Shown: piece after piece, positions 47,898 to 58,786 of the stretch
How the letters are laid out: each line of letters opens with the position of its first letter
How positions within the stretch are numbered: position 1 is the first letter of the stretch
NCBI GenBank assembly: GCA_964503955.1
Contig: CAZDCG010000001.1
Coordinates: 173,804 to 237,803 of the forward strand
Length of the DNA stretch: 64,000 nucleotides
Source: an uncultured Gammaproteobacteria bacterium
GTDB taxonomy: Bacteria; Patescibacteriota; Patescibacteriia; VMEV01; CAYQCH01
Direction of reading: 5' to 3'
Made by a program: the position numbers and the translations under genes
Notes under the pieces: model-generated
The model's database searches: none
Told to the model about the DNA's origin: nothing
What the model saw: only the letters and a program-made list of their open reading frames with translations

Positions 47898-48008
47898 ATG
47901 AATAGCGCATTGCGAGGCCGCATCAAGCAGGCCAAGAAAAACACCAGGATGGGCAAGCGGCTTAAAGCAAGCACGCGAAAACGCCGGGTGATGAAAGAGA
48001 AACGATAA
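47898..48008 (+). CDS. Very basic 36-aa small protein (not in the ORF track)
   Basis: MNSALRGRIKQAKKNTRMGKRLKASTRKRRVMKEKR*. Own promoter TTGTCA-17-TATTCT (47842-47870) and terminator (48011-48037). Confidence 0.65.
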   Translation: MNSALRGRIKQAKKNTRMGKRLKASTRKRRVMKEKR

Positions 48009-48044
48009 CCAAAAAGCAGCCCGAAAGGGCTGTTTTCGTATGGA

Positions 48045-48088
48045 TTGACAGAAAAACATATTTGCATTATACTTGATCAATCAAGTAT
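48045..48088 (+). promoter_or_regulatory. Promoter plus MarR-type operator
   Basis: TTGACA-17-TATACT with inverted repeat ATACTTGAT-ca-ATCAAGTAT (48069-48088). Confidence 0.75.
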
Positions 48089-48101
48089 TTATCACGTATT
48101 T

Positions 48102-48530
48102 ATGCAAACATCCTCACCCGTACAATTCTTCATGGCGCTGGCCAAATCGCATGCCGTGCTTTCTCATTTGTTTGACAGCTGCCTGAACGGCATTTCATTT
48201 ACGGAGTTTCTTATCCTCTATCATCTAAATCAGGCCGAAAACGAACAATTGCGCCGCGTGGATTTGGCGAAGAAAATTGGATTGACTCCTTCAGGCGTAA
48301 CCCGCATGCTCGCTCCTATGGAAAAAATCGGTTTAGTCAAAACCGCTCAGCCGCAGCAGGACGCTCGCGCGCGCTTTGTCCGATTATCTTCTGCCGGAAA
48401 AGCAAAAATGCAGGACGCGCTTGAACGGTTGGACAGCGTCGGCGAGGATATTCTTCCAGCTGACAAGCAGAAAATGAACGATTTAACCAAGTCTCTGGTT
48501 GACATTTCCGGCAAGGCGCTGATGCGTTAA
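48102..48530 (+). CDS. MarR family regulator
   Basis: RRVDLAKKIGLTPSGVTRML.PMEKIGLV...DAR. Confidence 0.9.
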   Translation: MQTSSPVQFFMALAKSHAVLSHLFDSCLNGISFTEFLILYHLNQAENEQLRRVDLAKKIGLTPSGVTRMLAPMEKIGLVKTAQPQQDARARFVRLSSAGKAKMQDALERLDSVGEDILPADKQKMNDLTKSLVDISGKALMR

Positions 48531-48591
48531 GCTTCAGCAGTTCATTCTCGATTAAGGGACAAAATGCTACTATCCAGGGGAAGTATGTTGA

Positions 48592-49215
48592 TTGAAACAA
48601 CCTATGTACACCTGCCCAATGCATCCGGAGGTCACCTCCGATATCAAAGGATCATGTCCAAAATGCGGCATGGCTCTTGTACAATATTCCACGGCAAAAT
48701 CCCAGCGTCATCATCAGGAAGGTAAAGGACTTGGCGGCACCACATGGAAGAGCTACCAGCCGCTTGCCGTCATTCTATCTCTGATTGTTCTCTGCGCGGC
48801 CATTGTTTCGCTGGAAAGTGAGCGCCCCCTTTCCTCATTTTTGCTTGCCACAATGACCGGGTTTTTTCTTGTCTTTGCGGGCTTTAAGCTCATTGACTTG
48901 AAAGGATTCGCGCAAGGCTATTCCACATACGACCTGCTCGCCCAGCGCTGGTTCGGGTATGGATATATCTACCCATTCATCGAACTGGGATTTGGCTTGC
49001 TCATGCTTGCCGGTTATCACCCTGACTGGCTCTTATGGTCAGAAGCCGGTCTGATGTCGTTTAGCGGACTTGGAGTAGCTCTCAAATTGGCCAAACGGGA
49101 ACGATTTACCTGTGCCTGCCTTGGAACATTCCTGAAAGTACCGCTTACCTATGTCACCCTGCTGGAAAACTTCGGCATGGCCGCAATCGCGCTCCTGCTT
49201 CTTTTCCTTCGTTAA
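48592..49215 (+). CDS. Heavy-metal-binding domain (YTCPMHP) plus MauE/DoxX-like membrane domain
   Basis: YTCPMHPEV...CPKCGMAL; F..YDLLA, YPFIE, CACLG. Confidence 0.88.
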   Translation: MKQPMYTCPMHPEVTSDIKGSCPKCGMALVQYSTAKSQRHHQEGKGLGGTTWKSYQPLAVILSLIVLCAAIVSLESERPLSSFLLATMTGFFLVFAGFKLIDLKGFAQGYSTYDLLAQRWFGYGYIYPFIELGFGLLMLAGYHPDWLLWSEAGLMSFSGLGVALKLAKRERFTCACLGTFLKVPLTYVTLLENFGMAAIALLLLFLR

Positions 49216-49226
49216 TACACCAAGCT

Positions 49227-50132
49227 ATGCAAAAAATTATTCCTCATCTCTGGTACGACAAAGAGGCAAAAGAAGCGGCGGAATTTTACACGTCGATTTT
49301 CCCGAATTCAAACGTTACAAGCACCGTAACGCTGCACGATACTCCCTCAGGCGACGCGCAGACCGTTTCTTTCGAACTGAACGGCCAAGAATTCATGGCG
49401 ATCAGCGCGGGTCCTTACTTCAAATTCAACCCGTCCATTTCCTTCATGGTTAACTTTGACCCCTCTCAAGACAAAAATGCGAAACAGCATTTGGACGAGG
49501 CCTGGAAGAAACTTTCCGAAGGAGGCCAGGTTCTTATGCCGCTTGATACATACCCGTTCAGCGAATACTATGGCTGGATTCAGGACAAGTACGGTCTCTC
49601 CTGGCAGCTCATGCTGACAAACCCTAAAGGAGAAGCGCGTCCCTTCATCATTCCTTCGCTCCTGTATGTGACGGATACCTGCGATAAAGCTGAAGAAGCA
49701 ACAAACTTTTATCTTTCTGTCTTTAACGACGCGAGGCGCGGGCAGCTGGTCCGCTACCCGGCCGGCATGGAGCCCAATAAAGAAGGGGCCATCATGTTCA
49801 CAGATTTTCAGCTTGAAAACCAGTGGTTCATGGCCATGGACGGCAGTAGCACAATGCACCATTTCGCGTTCAACGAAGCAGTTTCTTTCATGGTAAAATG
49901 CAGAGACCAGGAAGAGATCGATTATTACTGGGAGAAACTTTCAGCCGTCCCCGAAGCGGAACAATGCGGCTGGCTCAAAGACGCCTACGGCGTTTCCTGG
50001 CAGATCGCGCCGACGATTATGGACGATATGATGCGGAATGGAACCCAGAAACAAATCGCAAATGTCACGCAGGCTTTCCTGAGAATGAAAAAGTTCGATA
50101 TCAAAACCTTAGAAGAAGCCTTTAAACAATAA
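49227..50132 (+). CDS. Tandem VOC (PhnB / 3-demethylubiquinone-9 methyltransferase-like) protein
   Basis: KIIPHLWYD, YGWIQDKYGLSWQ, CGWLKDAYGVSWQ. Confidence 0.92.
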   Translation: MQKIIPHLWYDKEAKEAAEFYTSIFPNSNVTSTVTLHDTPSGDAQTVSFELNGQEFMAISAGPYFKFNPSISFMVNFDPSQDKNAKQHLDEAWKKLSEGGQVLMPLDTYPFSEYYGWIQDKYGLSWQLMLTNPKGEARPFIIPSLLYVTDTCDKAEEATNFYLSVFNDARRGQLVRYPAGMEPNKEGAIMFTDFQLENQWFMAMDGSSTMHHFAFNEAVSFMVKCRDQEEIDYYWEKLSAVPEAEQCGWLKDAYGVSWQIAPTIMDDMMRNGTQKQIANVTQAFLRMKKFDIKTLEEAFKQ

Positions 50133-50136
50133 TCCT

Positions 50137-50571
50137 ATGTTTGCATCAAACAAAGAATCCTTTTTTACAAAAGCCTCCCAATCCACCTACTCTCTCCTGC
50201 GCATCGTCGCGGCATTCTTCTTTATCCAATTTGGAGGAATGAAACTGTTCGGTTGGTTCGGGGGCATGGATGGACAAGGCGCAGCCGCTGAACTGGCAAC
50301 ACTCATGGGCGCGGCCGGTATCTTAGAAGTATTTGGAGGAGCTCTCATTCTGCTTGGATTATTCACCAGGCCGGTTGCCTTTTTGCTCGCGGGTGAAATG
50401 GCTTTTGCTTATTTCCTCGGCCACTTTTCCATGGCATTTTGGCCGGTACAGAATGGCGGGATTGGAGCGGTTCTCTATTGTTTCCTCTTCCTGCATATGG
50501 CAGCCAAAGGCGCGGGAGGGTTCAGTCTCGATTCACGGCTTGATCGAAGGAAAATGGCAAAACAAGCCTAA
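50137..50571 (+). CDS. DoxX family protein
   Basis: LLRIV, KLFGW, LGLFTRPVAFLLAGEMA.AY, G.FSLD. Confidence 0.92.
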   Translation: MFASNKESFFTKASQSTYSLLRIVAAFFFIQFGGMKLFGWFGGMDGQGAAAELATLMGAAGILEVFGGALILLGLFTRPVAFLLAGEMAFAYFLGHFSMAFWPVQNGGIGAVLYCFLFLHMAAKGAGGFSLDSRLDRRKMAKQA

Positions 50572-50679
50572 AATAAAAATGCCGCCCCTTTCATGGGGTG
50601 GTTTTCTTTTTGTGCTGATTTTTTCATGGGTATCCCCTCCGGGAGCTCCCGCTCCCGGAGGTACACCCATGACTGACCG

Positions 50680-50856
50680 CTAACCGACGTTGCCGCCGGC
50701 GAGCGGATTGGGAAGCGCAAAACGGCGCGTAGAACGCTTAGGCAGGACGGACGGCTGATCCCTCTTGGAATCGGCCGCTTCCTCATGCCGCCGCGCCTGC
50801 TTGCCGTCCTGAACATCTTGTGCCTGATCGTTGCGAGTAGATTCCGTGCCAGCCAT
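50680..50856 (-). CDS. GC-rich small hypothetical protein (58 aa)
   Basis: SD GGGAGGG before ATG 50856; upstream TTGACA-17-CAAAAT; long GC hairpin at about 50625-50671 after the stop. Confidence 0.5.
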   Translation of the reverse strand: MAGTESTRNDQAQDVQDGKQARRHEEAADSKRDQPSVLPKRSTRRFALPNPLAGGNVG

Positions 50857-50948
50857 AAACCCTCCCGCGGCTCCAGACAAGGAAAAGACAAGACCAAAAG
50901 CAATACATTTTGTTCCGGCCTTTCCTCCTTGTCAATGGTTCAGGAAGG

Positions 50949-51662
50949 CTATTTTTCCACAGAGCGCAGGCGGCGTTTGAGTGTTTTTACTTCGCCCGCG
51001 GAAAGCGGCCTTATCTCCCCTGCGGCAAGTTCGCCAAGCCTGACATTCATCACGCGGACACGCTTGAGCTTTTTGACTTCATAGCCAAGCTGCTCGCACA
51101 TGCGCCTGATCTGACGGTTTCTCCCTTCGGTAAGAACGATTGAAAATTGATTCTGGTTTAACTGCTTTACCTTCGCCGGCTTTGTTTTTTTGCCAAGGAT
51201 AACCATGCCTTTCGCCATGACGGCAAGATCCTGTTCTTTCAGCGGCTGTCTGACCGTGATAAGGTATTCCTTTTCATGATTGCCTTTCGGATGAGTGATT
51301 GCTTCCGCCAATACGCCGTCATTGGTCAGCAGCAAAAGTCCTTCTGAGGCAACATCTAGCCGGCCGACATGAAAGAGACGCTCCTGAAGCTTGAGAAAGG
51401 TCGCAATGGTATCCCGGCCGTTTGGATCAACCGATGAGAGAATGCCCACGGGTTTATAAAAAGCATAGTACTTGTATTCCGTTGGTTTGACCTGAAGAAA
51501 TTTGGCATCCACCTCGATTCGTTCATCGCCGCTGATAAGCATGCCTTTCTCCGCGATTCTCCCGTTCACGCGCACGCGGCCCGACGCAATGAGCTCGTCT
51601 GCACCCCGCCGCGACGCAATGCCCTGTTCGGCTAGAAATTTATTGATACGAATATAGGCCAT
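50949..51662 (-). CDS. rRNA pseudouridine synthase (RsuA/RluB/RluF family)
   Basis: S4 domain SRRGADELI, GRLDVASEGLLLLTNDG, EGRNRQIRRM. Confidence 0.95.
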   Translation of the reverse strand: MAYIRINKFLAEQGIASRRGADELIASGRVRVNGRIAEKGMLISGDERIEVDAKFLQVKPTEYKYYAFYKPVGILSSVDPNGRDTIATFLKLQERLFHVGRLDVASEGLLLLTNDGVLAEAITHPKGNHEKEYLITVRQPLKEQDLAVMAKGMVILGKKTKPAKVKQLNQNQFSIVLTEGRNRQIRRMCEQLGYEVKKLKRVRVMNVRLGELAAGEIRPLSAGEVKTLKRRLRSVEK

Positions 51663-51777
51663 AGAATAGAATGTTCAAACGGTATCTGATTTTTCAAATA
51701 GGCGCAATCTCTTGAAAAGACCATTAAGCCGTTTTTTTGACGAAGATCTTGCCGCAACGTACGATACCGATTGAACC

Positions 51778-52887
51778 ATGATCAAAGAAAAGATCCAACA
51801 ATTCTTCTTCTTTCAAAAAACGAAGCAGCTCTATCGGCGCTTTGAGCGTTTTGTCATGCCGGCAACCCTGCTGCTTGGTTTGATGATTGATTTCTTCACG
51901 TTCAAAAACGTCAAGATCAGCACGGCTTTTCTTCTTCTTGGCCTGCACTTTCTTTGCGCGGGGCTCATCATTGCCTACCGCCAGCTCTATGACGCCAAAC
52001 GCATCCCGCGCTTGCTCCCCTTCCGTTACCTGCGGCTCTTTGCCCCCTTGCTGTTGCAGTTCTTTTTTGGCGCATTGCTTAGCGCCTCGTTTATTTTTTA
52101 CTGGTTCAGCGCGGCCGTTTCCGTGAGCTGGCCGTTTATTTTCCTCATTGCTTTTTTGATGGTTGCAAACGATGTCTTCCGTGAGTTCTATCTCAAACCG
52201 GTGGTTCAGGTCACGGTCTACTATTTTGTCACATTCTCCTTGTTCACGCTTGTCTTGCCATATCTGTCCCGTTCAATTGATGCACGCTATTTCCTCCTGT
52301 CCGGTTTGCTCAGCCTGGTTTTTATCAACCTGTACCTGCATCTTCTCTGGAAATTCGCCAAACAAATGCGCGCGCAGAGAAAGCAATATTTGTTTTCTAT
52401 AGCAGCCGTTTTTTTGGTTATGAATGCGGCCTATTTTTTCAATGTGATTCCTCCAATCCCCTTATCGCTGCGGGAAGCGGGCGTTTACCATGATATTCGC
52501 CGGCATGGTCCAAACTACATCCTGCAATCAGAGCAACAAACCCTGTTGCAAAAATTGGTTCCTGGACAAACCATCCATTGGCAGCCGGGAAGCCGCATAT
52601 CCGTTTTCACGTCCGTTTACGCGCCAACGGATTTTCGCGTCCCAATCACGCATCAATGGCAATACTATGACGAAAGCCGGGGACGCTGGATCAGCAAAGA
52701 CACGCTTTCCTTTCCTCTGACCGGCGGACGCCAAGACGGCTATCGGGGATATACCACAAAATCCGCGCTGGCTCCGGGCAGATGGCGCGTGAACGTGCAA
52801 ACATCACGTGGACAGGTGATAGGAAGGATTCGTTTTACCGTTGTTGAAACCGACCAGCCGCCTGTAGTGAAAGAAATTCTCCGTTAA
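51778..52887 (+). CDS. DUF2914-domain multi-TM protein
   Basis: About 9 TMs, NVIPPIPLSL, GGRQDGYRGYT.K, PGRWRVNV. Confidence 0.85.
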   Translation: MIKEKIQQFFFFQKTKQLYRRFERFVMPATLLLGLMIDFFTFKNVKISTAFLLLGLHFLCAGLIIAYRQLYDAKRIPRLLPFRYLRLFAPLLLQFFFGALLSASFIFYWFSAAVSVSWPFIFLIAFLMVANDVFREFYLKPVVQVTVYYFVTFSLFTLVLPYLSRSIDARYFLLSGLLSLVFINLYLHLLWKFAKQMRAQRKQYLFSIAAVFLVMNAAYFFNVIPPIPLSLREAGVYHDIRRHGPNYILQSEQQTLLQKLVPGQTIHWQPGSRISVFTSVYAPTDFRVPITHQWQYYDESRGRWISKDTLSFPLTGGRQDGYRGYTTKSALAPGRWRVNVQTSRGQVIGRIRFTVVETDQPPVVKEILR

Positions 52888-52923
52888 GTATGTTATTCTT
52901 GTGAGCAGCATTACTTTTAACAC

Positions 52924-53568
52924 ATGCCTATGCTAAAGGAACATGCATCAAAACACCGTGGCAAGCTGCTCTTAGCGGCTATTGTCGTCCTGGCCGCAGG
53001 TTCAGGCTTGTTTGCCAGCAACTATTTCTCCGAGAAAAAAAATGAGCAGGTTTTTTGCACGCTCGAGGCAAAACTTTGTCCAGATGGGACAATGGTCGGC
53101 AGAACCGGGCCAAATTGCGAATTTGCAGAATGCCCAAGTACATCTATCCCACAAGGGTGGAAGACCATGACGGACGAACAATCCGGCCTCACCTTCTCGT
53201 ATCCGGAAACCCTTGAAACGACCTATATCAGCACCACGGACTGGCCTCCAAGCATTTTTGTTGTGAATGAACCGTTCTCATGTGTTGAAGCAGGATCCCC
53301 TATTGATCGTGCCGGCGAGACACGCCAACGTGAAATAAACGGACATATCTATTGCGTGACAACCATCATGGAAGGAGCGGCAGGAAGCACCTATACGCAA
53401 TACGCCTATGTCACCGAAATCGATGGCAAGGTTATTTCGCTGACATTCTCTCTACGTATGGTTCAATGCATGAATTACGATGATCCGCAGCAAACCGAAT
53501 GCCTCAATGAACGGGAAACGTTCAATGTAGATCCGATTATCCATCAAATTGCGCAAAGCGTTAGATAA
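52924..53568 (+). CDS. Membrane-anchored Cys-motif protein
   Basis: CTLEAKLCPDG.VGRTGPNCEFAECP motif, then WKT..D...TFSYP. Confidence 0.8.
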   Translation: MPMLKEHASKHRGKLLLAAIVVLAAGSGLFASNYFSEKKNEQVFCTLEAKLCPDGTMVGRTGPNCEFAECPSTSIPQGWKTMTDEQSGLTFSYPETLETTYISTTDWPPSIFVVNEPFSCVEAGSPIDRAGETRQREINGHIYCVTTIMEGAAGSTYTQYAYVTEIDGKVISLTFSLRMVQCMNYDDPQQTECLNERETFNVDPIIHQIAQSVR

Positions 53569-53634
53569 CAGCAGAATAGGCCCGGATTGCCAATGAAAGG
53601 CTTCTGGGCTATTCTTTGTATAACCTAATAACCC

Positions 53635-53651
53635 ATACCCCCTTAGGGTAT
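53635..53651. promoter_or_regulatory. CsoR-type operator
   Basis: ATACCC-CCTTA-GGGTAT directly before csoR, matching the TACC...GGTA G/C-tract pattern. Confidence 0.75.
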
Positions 53652-53659
53652 ACACACCT

Positions 53660-53932
53660 ATGCTGCCGGAGATCAAAAAAGACGCGGTTCGCCGCATGAA
53701 AATCATTCAGGGACAGGTGAACAAAATCCAGTCCATGATTGAGGACGGAGCTTACTGCCCAGACATCATGACGCAGTCATTAGCGGTGCAAAACGGACTG
53801 AAACAAGTGGAGGCCAAGCTGCTTGAAGGTCACCTGAAAACATGCGTTAAACACCAGATGACTGAAGGGAAAACCAATAAAGCTGTTGAGGAACTCTTGA
53901 AAATCTTCAAGCTTTCAAAGAAAAATAAGTAA
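53660..53932 (+). CDS. csoR: CsoR/RcnR family metal-sensing repressor
   Basis: RRMKIIQGQ, YC.DI, HLKTC (C-H-C). Confidence 0.9.
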   Translation: MLPEIKKDAVRRMKIIQGQVNKIQSMIEDGAYCPDIMTQSLAVQNGLKQVEAKLLEGHLKTCVKHQMTEGKTNKAVEELLKIFKLSKKNK

Positions 53933-53936
53933 TACT

Positions 53937-55376
53937 ATGAACGCACAACCGGGCGAAAAGAAACCAAAGGAGAACATTTTCTACATCCGCGGAATGCATT
54001 GTTCATCGTGCGAGATTCTCATTGAGAAGAAACTGCTGAAGCAACCTCAAATCCTGGCGGCAGATGTTTCTCTTGGAAAGAGAAGCGCCAGGGTATCTGT
54101 CGAACGGGGGAAATTCATCGACACCAACGAGCTAAACCGAATCTTTGCTGAAGACGGATATAAATTTTCAAAGCAGCCGTTCGCAGATGACCGCCCCCCT
54201 CTCTTCTCCTATACAGACGGAAAGCTTGTCATCAATAAGCAAAAGTTTAACTCCCTGATGAAAATACTCCTTGTCTTCACATCATTTCTTTTTGTCTTTT
54301 TTTCCCTTGAACGGATGCAGCTGGGCCGTTTCATTACTGTCGACACCTCCTCATCCCTGGTTGCTTTCTTCCTGCTCGGACTTATAGCAGGACTCTCAAG
54401 CTGCGCCGCACTGATTGGTGGGATCTTGCTTTCGTTGACCAAACATTGGAATGAGCTGGCCATAGCGAGCGACGGCAAACAAAAGCGTAAAACCCCTCAC
54501 CTCCTTTTCCACGTCGGAAGAATTGCCTCATTCTTTCTTCTGGGCGGATTGCTAGGCATGCTCGGAGACACCATCTCTTTGAACAATACTGTTGTTTACG
54601 GCTCCCTCGTCACCATCATTTCACTTGTCATGTTTCTTCTTGCTCTGCAGATGTTAGGCGTATCTTGGGCTCAGCGAATGAAATTTTCCGCACCTAAATT
54701 CATTACTCGCTTCGCGGCTGACGAAACATCGTTTTCGGGTAAACAGATGCCCTTCCTCACTGGAGCGCTGACCTTTTTTCTGCCCTGCGGATTTACGTTG
54801 ATCGCCCAAGGTGTCGCACTGACTACAGGAAGTTTTTTTCAGGGAGCAGCGATCATGTTGTTTTTCGCTCTGGGAACATTGCCATTGCTTGCTAGTATCA
54901 GCTTGACCGGACTCACCTTCACCAAGCGTCCCCACCTGACAGCAAACTTCACGCGCGTGGCAGGACTCCTGATATTGTTCTTCGCCCTTTACAACATCAA
55001 CGGACAGCTTAATGTTCTGGGCCTCCCAAGCCTTAGTGACTTGAATCTCTCAAGCTCCTTCAAACCAGCGAAACCTGATCCTCGCTTGGCAGCGAACCCG
55101 GGAGAACAGCAAGAAATCAACATCATCGCAGAGGGATTTGACTATACTGCCAATGGGCCGACCGTACTTGCCGCAGGCGTCCCCACAACACTCATCGTAG
55201 AAAACCGAGGCGTGCTTGGCTGCGCGGCATACATGGCATCAAGAGGCCTCATCGACAGCTTCGTTCAGCTGCAAACAGGAGTGAATAAAATTGACCTGGG
55301 CACCCCAAAGCCCGGCACGTACAAGATTACCTGCTCGATGGGCATGGTGGCACCTGTTGCCGTTACCTTTAACTAA
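53937..55376 (+). CDS. HMA + DsbD_2/TauE-like membrane + cupredoxin-like protein
   Basis: GMHCSSC; SSCAAL..G; FFLPCG; GC...ITCSMGM. Confidence 0.88.
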   Translation: MNAQPGEKKPKENIFYIRGMHCSSCEILIEKKLLKQPQILAADVSLGKRSARVSVERGKFIDTNELNRIFAEDGYKFSKQPFADDRPPLFSYTDGKLVINKQKFNSLMKILLVFTSFLFVFFSLERMQLGRFITVDTSSSLVAFFLLGLIAGLSSCAALIGGILLSLTKHWNELAIASDGKQKRKTPHLLFHVGRIASFFLLGGLLGMLGDTISLNNTVVYGSLVTIISLVMFLLALQMLGVSWAQRMKFSAPKFITRFAADETSFSGKQMPFLTGALTFFLPCGFTLIAQGVALTTGSFFQGAAIMLFFALGTLPLLASISLTGLTFTKRPHLTANFTRVAGLLILFFALYNINGQLNVLGLPSLSDLNLSSSFKPAKPDPRLAANPGEQQEINIIAEGFDYTANGPTVLAAGVPTTLIVENRGVLGCAAYMASRGLIDSFVQLQTGVNKIDLGTPKPGTYKITCSMGMVAPVAVTFN

Positions 55377-55381
55377 ACTCT

Positions 55382-55597
55382 ATGAAAACACTCCAGATTA
55401 AAGGGATGCATTGCGCCTCCTGTGTTTCACTGATCAAAATGGAATTGGACGAGACCGGATTTTCTCCTCTCCTGCTCGAGTTAAAGCCAACCGGCAACAA
55501 CGAAGGCATTCTCGAGCTCAAGGAAACAACTACGGATAATCAGCTACAAGAAATACGCGATCTCATCAACGCAATGGAGAACTACTCCGTCATGTAA
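55382..55597 (+). CDS. CopZ-like HMA chaperone
   Basis: GMHCASC in a 71-aa protein. Confidence 0.85.
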   Translation: MKTLQIKGMHCASCVSLIKMELDETGFSPLLLELKPTGNNEGILELKETTTDNQLQEIRDLINAMENYSVM

Positions 55598-55607
55598 ATC
55601 AATCCCT

Positions 55608-58037
55608 ATGAAAAAAGAAACTTACCCTGTTATGGGCATGCATTGCGCCTCCTGCAAGCAGCTCATAGAAAAGATGATCGGCAAAATAGACGGCGTGAAA
55701 TCTGTCACTGTTAATTACGCGAACGAAAAGATTTTTGTTGAGTACGATGAAACGAAAGTTTCTCTTCAAGACCTTGAAGGGGCAGTAAAAAAAGCTGGAG
55801 ATTACAAGCTGATCGCCAACTCTGCACAGCAGCCAAAAATGGATCATGCCGGAATGGGAGACCATGATCACGCCGCAATGCTCAAGAAAGAAGAATATAA
55901 AAAACTGAAGCGCATCGTTTTCTGGGTTGGCATCGGCTCTGTCCCCTTTGCTCTGTTCATGATCCGCATGGTTCTTATTTCAGCCGGCATGATGGAACCT
56001 GATCATGAACCGCTGGGAATGATTGTTTTTAGCGGTCTTGATTATACGGTGAATACATTTTTCCTCCTCCAATTTTTGCTCGCAACCCCGATCCTTTTCA
56101 TCGGTGGTCGCCAGTTCTTTTCAAGCACCTGGAGCGCGCTGAAGGCCGGCGCGGCAAATATGGACACGCTCATTGCGCTTGGTACATTCACGGCCTGGCT
56201 CTTCTCAGCGGTGGTAACCTTTGCGCCGCGCGTATTCGGGGATCTTGAAGTTGATGTCTTCTACGAAGCCGCTGTTTTCATCGCCTTCTTCATTCTGCTT
56301 GGCCGGCTTCTGGAAGCCCGTGCCAAAAGCCAGGCAAGCGATGCCATCAAAAAGCTGCTTGAGCTGCAGGCAAAAGACGCCGCCATACTTCGCGACGGAC
56401 AAGAAATCAGAATCCCGATTGATCAAGTGCAAAAAGGAGATATCATCATCGTGCGCCCGGGAGAGAAAGTTCCGGTAGACGGTGTGATCACAAAAGGATC
56501 AAGCACATTGGATGAATCAATGGTCACCGGCGAATCGTTGCCTGTCGAAAAGAAAGAGGGAGATGCCGTTGTCGGCGCGACGATGAATAAAACCGGTTCT
56601 TTTCAATTCCGTGCCGACAAAGTAGGCAAAGAAACCATGCTGGCGAACATCATAAAAATGGTTGAAGAAGCACAAGGCACCACCGCGCCAATCCAAAAGC
56701 GCGCTGATGTTATTTCTTCCATCTTTGTTCCGGCGGTGATTGTGATCGCGGCGGCGGCATTCTTCTTCTGGCTATTTGCAGCTCCCAAGCTAGAATTGGT
56801 TGACCCTCAATCTTCATTTCTGCAGCTTTCCGTTTTTATCGCGGCGACCATACTGATTATTGCGTGCCCATGCGCCCTTGGACTAGCAACTCCCACGGCA
56901 GTTATGGTGGGAACCGGCAAAGCGGCGCGAAAAGGGATCTTGATCAAAAACGCCGAAAGCCTTGAACGTGCTCAGGAGATCCACACAATTGTTTTCGACA
57001 AAACCGGGACGCTTACCAAAGGAAAACCGCAGGTAACAGATTTCTTCATAGCAGACGGAATGGATCAAGAGGAACTCCTTTCGATGGCTTACGCGATTGA
57101 GCATCCATCAGAACACCCGTTATCAGACGCGGTGGCTGATTACGCGGCTGAGAAGATCTCAGAAAGGCCACAGGCTGATACGTTCACCGTGATAGAAGGC
57201 CGTGGCGTAAGCGGAAGCCTCTCCGGAAAAGAAGTCTTGATCGGCAATAAGCTGCTGTTCACGGAAAAGCAAGTCAGCTGGAATAACGAACTCCTGAAAA
57301 AATCTGAACCGCTAAGTACCACGGGGAAAACCGTGGTCTACATGTCGATCAATGGAAAACACGCCGCCACATTCGCTCTTGCGGACGTGGTTAAAGAAGA
57401 GTCAAAACTTGCCGTGAATAAATTGCAAAGACTTGGCATTCGTGTTGCCATGATGACCGGTGACAACCGTCAAACAGCCGAGGCGATCGCAAAACAGCTG
57501 GGCATCACAACTGTTCTGGCGGAGGTCTTACCGCAGGATAAAGCTCATGAAATCAAAAAATTACAGAAGCAGAACCCCGGTGAAGTTATCGCCATGGTTG
57601 GAGATGGGATCAACGACGCACCGGCTTTAGCACAGGCCGATATCGGCATTGCAATGGGAACAGGCACGGACGTCGCCATTGAATCGGGAGATATCGTGTT
57701 GGTCAAAGGAACGCTAGATAAAGTAGTTGAGACGATTGAGCTGTCACGCCTCAGCCTTGGGGTCATTAAAGAAAACCTGCTATGGGCTTTCGGTTATAAT
57801 ATCATTGCCATTCCAGTAGCCGCCGGCCTCCTGTACCCCGCTTTTGGCTTGTTACTCTCTCCAGTGATCGCAAGCGCAGCCATGGCCTTCAGCTCGATCT
57901 CTGTCGTCTTAAACAGCATTCGCCTGAAATCACTGACGGTGCAAAACAAACAGAAATCCGATATGCTCTTCATAGCCTTCATATTCCTTTTCATTCTGCT
58001 CGTAACCTGGATTGGATTTTCACTAGCCACGATCTAA
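55608..58037 (+). CDS. copA: Cu(I)-translocating P1B-1 ATPase
   Basis: [48 protein letters not shown]. Confidence 0.96.
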   Translation: MKKETYPVMGMHCASCKQLIEKMIGKIDGVKSVTVNYANEKIFVEYDETKVSLQDLEGAVKKAGDYKLIANSAQQPKMDHAGMGDHDHAAMLKKEEYKKLKRIVFWVGIGSVPFALFMIRMVLISAGMMEPDHEPLGMIVFSGLDYTVNTFFLLQFLLATPILFIGGRQFFSSTWSALKAGAANMDTLIALGTFTAWLFSAVVTFAPRVFGDLEVDVFYEAAVFIAFFILLGRLLEARAKSQASDAIKKLLELQAKDAAILRDGQEIRIPIDQVQKGDIIIVRPGEKVPVDGVITKGSSTLDESMVTGESLPVEKKEGDAVVGATMNKTGSFQFRADKVGKETMLANIIKMVEEAQGTTAPIQKRADVISSIFVPAVIVIAAAAFFFWLFAAPKLELVDPQSSFLQLSVFIAATILIIACPCALGLATPTAVMVGTGKAARKGILIKNAESLERAQEIHTIVFDKTGTLTKGKPQVTDFFIADGMDQEELLSMAYAIEHPSEHPLSDAVADYAAEKISERPQADTFTVIEGRGVSGSLSGKEVLIGNKLLFTEKQVSWNNELLKKSEPLSTTGKTVVYMSINGKHAATFALADVVKEESKLAVNKLQRLGIRVAMMTGDNRQTAEAIAKQLGITTVLAEVLPQDKAHEIKKLQKQNPGEVIAMVGDGINDAPALAQADIGIAMGTGTDVAIESGDIVLVKGTLDKVVETIELSRLSLGVIKENLLWAFGYNIIAIPVAAGLLYPAFGLLLSPVIASAAMAFSSISVVLNSIRLKSLTVQNKQKSDMLFIAFIFLFILLVTWIGFSLATI

Positions 58038-58043
58038 ACCACT

Positions 58044-58709
58044 ATGAACTTACAGAAGAAACTCTTGCTCATCCTCGCGATTTTTGTCACCTTCATGGCG
58101 GGAAGCATTACAGCCCTGTACGCGACAAAGGCCAAAATCGCCCGACTCCCTGAACCCGCATTCCATGAACACGCCGATTTCGCTCTATTCATAAACGGCG
58201 AGCGATTCGATTTCGCCAAAGGCGAGTATATGTCGACCGAGCCGTGCAAAATCACTCGTTCCTTCATCCCCACTGCTCAGGCTCACGAAGGTGACCGCAG
58301 TCAAGATGTGCATTTGCACAATCGTAACGGTTCAATCGTGCACGTCCACGCGCCGAGTATTACATGGCATAACTTCTTCGATTCTTTGAACATGTCTTTC
58401 CAGGACGATGAATTTGTCACAGACCAGGGACTCGCTTATAAACCTGCTTCAGAGAAAAGTTTCATCTTCCTCGTAAACGGAGAAGAAGTAGAAACTCTTG
58501 CCCAGCGAGAAATTCGGAACCTGGATCAGGTGCTCATCAGCATTTCAGATACCCCTCAGCTTCCTGAACAGATCGCTCTGCAATGGGCTCAGGTCGGGAA
58601 TGACGCTTGCTTATATTCTGAATCCTGTCCCCACCGAGGCGTCGCACCTGTCGAAGCATGCGGCACTTCTTATCAACAACCATCTCTCATCAGATGGCTG
58701 GGACTGTAA
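58044..58709 (+). CDS. Exported His/Cys-motif protein in the copper operon
   Basis: N-terminal anchor; HEHADF, HLH, HVH, C..S..CP.RG...EAC. Confidence 0.8.
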   Translation: MNLQKKLLLILAIFVTFMAGSITALYATKAKIARLPEPAFHEHADFALFINGERFDFAKGEYMSTEPCKITRSFIPTAQAHEGDRSQDVHLHNRNGSIVHVHAPSITWHNFFDSLNMSFQDDEFVTDQGLAYKPASEKSFIFLVNGEEVETLAQREIRNLDQVLISISDTPQLPEQIALQWAQVGNDACLYSESCPHRGVAPVEACGTSYQQPSLIRWLGL

Positions 58710-58786
58710 AAAATCGCTTTAACTTGCTTTTATTTCGCAAATAGCTCAATCTGACAAGTTCTAATCGTAAGGAGCATTCAATACGT

